A stretch of DNA of 63,824 nt, the filler included, from Choristocarpus tenellus KU-1152 (Eukaryota; Protista; Phaeophyceae): the NCBI GenBank assembly GCA_964200185.2. It is 14 parts of 14 records of this genome, joined end to end, with 100 filler letters (N's around TTAATTAATTAA, not from the genome) between each part and the next. Parts side by side here need not be neighbours in the genome. Positions count along the whole stretch, not along the records: positions 61,066 to 63,824 come from CAXNAD020024991.1; 13 more parts are not named here. The stretch is one strand, 5' to 3'. Within the stretch, counting starts at the first letter, position 1, and the number at the start of each line of letters is the position of its first letter. A program made the position numbers and the translations under genes. Below the pieces are notes generated by a model. That model was not told the origin of the DNA, made no database searches, and saw nothing but the letters and a program-made list of their open reading frames with translations. This document shows positions 62,480 to 63,824 of this stretch, piece by piece.

Positions 62480-63824
62480 TTGACTGTGGCCGAAATATGC
62501 CGAACCATTTCAGTAGTTCCACTACTGTGTTTCCTAAAGTATCCCCGGAGCAATTGCGCAAGGAGCAGGAATCCGAGTTCGGACCATATTTCAGGTATTT
62601 GCAGTCCCCCAACGTCGCCCCACCACCTGATAAGAGATCAATGACATCTATGTCGTACTTTTCCCTTCGTAATAATGGCTTGCTGTATCGTTCGTATTTA
62701 TCAGGCCATTTTCGTAAGAGGAGCACGTTTAGAGATCAGTTGGTCGTTCCTCACTCGTTAGTCCGTCTTGTACTCCATGCTTGTCATGACCATCCATGCA
62801 TTGTCTGGAGGCCACTTAGGTTTTAAACCCACGTTCGATAAGGTTAGAGACGTATTGGTGGCCAACATTAAATATCGACGTTCGTACATGGTGTCGTGAT
62901 TGTCAAGCATGCCAAACGCGTAAGACTGCTCATAAGAAACCTACGTTTTCCCACTGGCCATATGCCCGTTGACAGACCATTTCAACGTGTTGCTATTGAT
63001 TTGGTAGAGTACAAAACACGTTCCCCAGCAGGAAATGGTGTGATGTGCTCATATGTGTTGTCTACCATTGATCACCTCACTCGTTTTGTTGTGCTGAGCC
63101 CTGTTCCAAATAAAGAGCTGGACCACAACAATTGCTCGTACGCTGGTAGAACGTGTATTTTCAATTTTTGGTCCGCCAGAGTTGTTACACTCCGATCAAG
63201 GTACCGAATTTGAAAACAGTATTGTTGCAGACTTGCAATCTGTCTTTGGTTACAAGAAAACCAAAACCACATCGTATCATCCCCAAGGAAATTCTGTGTT
63301 GGAAAGAATACATGCTACGTTGCATTCTATGCTAGCAATGTATATATATATATATATATACATAGGTTGCTGAGGATAATTGGGCGTCGTTATTGCCTTT
63401 CGTACAATTAGCCCATAACATAGCATTCAGTGCAAAATTGCATGAAACCCTGTTTTCCCTTCTGTTTGGAAGGCAAGCTCGTTTGCCTGGTGACATCATC
63501 CTTGCTTAGTCTAGTGCTGATTCAGATATCACTACTGAAGAGTTTACTCGGCAAACCAAACTTGCTTTTGAGTTGGCATGTCGTAATCTCCATGAACACG
63601 TTAAGAATTAGGAGTGTGTCAACCAACGTCTCATGTTCCCCATTTTCGTATTTGGTGATCAAGTTCTAGTCCATAGGCCACATGAGAATACTGATGGTCC
63701 GAATCCGAAGTTACTTCACCCTTGGAGGGGTCCATATGAAGTACATTCTTAGGTATCGCCCATCGTATACAGGGTAGTACTACCTGGAAGCCCATGTCCA
63801 TTCTCCGTTGCGTCAAAGTATCTG
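62480..63824 (+). pseudogene. Ty3/Gypsy integrase remnant (HHCC zinc finger and rve DDE core)
   Basis: QLVVP…LHACHDHP…GHLG…YWWP…WCRDCQAC, RPFQRVAIDLV, IDHLTRF, LHSDQGTEF, TTSYHPQGNSVLER. Several frameshifts and a (TA)n insertion at about 63342. Confidence 0.95.

Overview
This is eukaryotic nuclear DNA of moderate GC content with many introns, most likely from an ochrophyte (brown-alga-like) alga. That assignment is an inference from a bipartite plastid-targeting presequence and stramenopile-type Gypsy pol. The window is not one locus: it is 14 short contigs joined by 13 identical artificial 100-nt linkers (N44-TTAATTAATTAA-N44), so adjacency across linkers means nothing. Recognisable genes are a complete two-exon small plastid-targeted protein, a complete intronless SLC25 mitochondrial carrier, the 3' exons of MCMBP, the last exon of RPS25, three exons of a USP4/11/15-like deubiquitinase, one SWEET transporter exon, two exons of a DUF6606-like protein and several unassigned multi-exon fragments. 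The rest is dominated by transposon debris: two decayed Ty3/Gypsy elements with related LTR copies, an IS630/Tc1-type element, and at least five MITE families sharing GRGYSAAA-type termini. The best novelty candidate is an intron-containing gene at 33611-35167. Its N-terminus resembles a catalytically dead CRESS-DNA-virus Rep (HUH) domain followed by a basic NLS, so it may be a domesticated viral Rep. All family assignments come from motif recognition by eye; no searches were run.
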